Assembly: GCA_041650615.1 (NCBI GenBank)
Contig: JBAZKU010000001.1
Coordinates: forward strand, 386,360-450,359
Length of the DNA stretch: 64,000 bases
Direction of reading: 5' to 3'
Source: Minisyncoccota bacterium
GTDB taxonomy: Bacteria > Patescibacteriota > Minisyncoccia > Phycocordibacterales > UBA9973
The translations under genes were made by a program, and so were the position numbers. Shown here one piece after another: positions 63,359 to 64,000 of this stretch. Numbering within the stretch: position 1 is the first letter of the stretch; each line of letters opens with the position of its first letter. The notes beneath the pieces were generated by a model. The model saw only the letters and a list, made by a program, of their open reading frames with translations, had not been told where the DNA came from and did not search any database.

Positions 63359-64000
63359 ATGAGAAATATCCTTATTTTTCTTGCTTTTTTCAGTTTTTTG
63401 GGGGTGTCATGTTTAGCTCAAAATAAATATGAGCCACTGGAAACAAAAATGTTCTTCCAGTCTAGAGAAGAAGCAGAAAAAGCATTTTTGAGTGGAGAAT
63501 TCCGATATTATCAACCAAACCCAAAAAATTTAGTTGCCCGACCTCCGAAATCTAGTAAGGGACTACCTTGCCCCTATGTAGTACTAGAGGAAGTAAGAGA
63601 ATCTAAGGCAGGCTCTCCTGCTTGGGTAATATTAGCATCTGCAACATTGGCAGTGTTTAATTTTGACGGAATACCGTTAATAGATGGTCGTTGTCGAAAT
63701 AGAATTTTTGAAGCCCATCCTTTACCTTTACCTGCCGGCAAAGACGGGTACACTCCAATTAAGGGAATAGATTATTTTGACGGAAAAGACGGGAGAAATG
63801 GCCGCGACGGAAGAATAATAGAAAAAGAATCTTCCTGGATGCAATATGTTGTAGGAATTGCGCTTCTAGGGGGTATCATTTATCTTATGTCAAATCGTAA
63901 CGCCGGCAATAACACTCAAAACGTTATTTACATTCCTCCTGTAATTTCTACTCCCCCATCAGAAGATTTTCCTGAAAATACTTCCGGAGGCGGAACAATC
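63359..64000 (+). CDS. secreted/membrane protein with short collagen-like motif (3'-truncated)
   Basis: Manual translation MRNILIFLAFFSFLGVSCLAQ...GKDGYTPIKGIDYFDGKDGRNGRDG...TM; AAGGAG SD; open to window end. Confidence 0.75.
   Translation, partial: MRNILIFLAFFSFLGVSCLAQNKYEPLETKMFFQSREEAEKAFLSGEFRYYQPNPKNLVARPPKSSKGLPCPYVVLEEVRESKAGSPAWVILASATLAVFNFDGIPLIDGRCRNRIFEAHPLPLPAGKDGYTPIKGIDYFDGKDGRNGRDGRIIEKESSWMQYVVGIALLGGIIYLMSNRNAGNNTQNVIYIPPVISTPPSEDFPENTSGGGTI

Noticed and set aside
1-64000. CRISPR array
   Set aside because: Repeats are dispersed hairpins, not regularly spaced direct repeats; no cas genes.

Overview
AT-rich chromosomal segment from a CPR/Patescibacteria bacterium, most likely Parcubacteria (Nomurabacteria-like). 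This assignment is inferred from: no rpmD (L30) in the spc operon, no rplA (L1) after rplK, tRNA-Ile(UAU) and tRNA-Arg(GCG), many apparently leaderless core genes, and code 11. The core content is recG, ftsH, smpB plus tmRNA, infC-rpmI-rplT, ndk, map-pyrH-adk-secY, the S10/spc ribosomal protein cluster, the str operon, thyA-folA, rplK-nusG-secE, murB, tsaC/tsaE, rplS, pilM/N/O-like genes, 7 tRNAs, a probable 6S RNA and an ECF sigma/anti-sigma/MacAB-like module. Two things stand out. (1) An accessory island beside tRNA-His (42.5-46.6 kb) encodes two secreted fimbrial-subunit-like proteins, a DUF916/PapD-like chaperone and a lipoprotein secretin, but no usher. It is a candidate secretin-dependent chaperone-type pilus in a lineage thought to lack an outer membrane. 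(2) There is a dense set of palindromic mini-elements. One family (CCC...GGG hairpins with short direct repeats) sits on start codons and -10/-35 boxes, and other families insert in frame into rpsJ and a RluA gene. A small GIY-YIG nuclease gene is bounded by one of these termini and by a duplication of the tRNA-His 3' end, making it a candidate mobiliser. All product calls come from manual motif recognition; no database searches were run.
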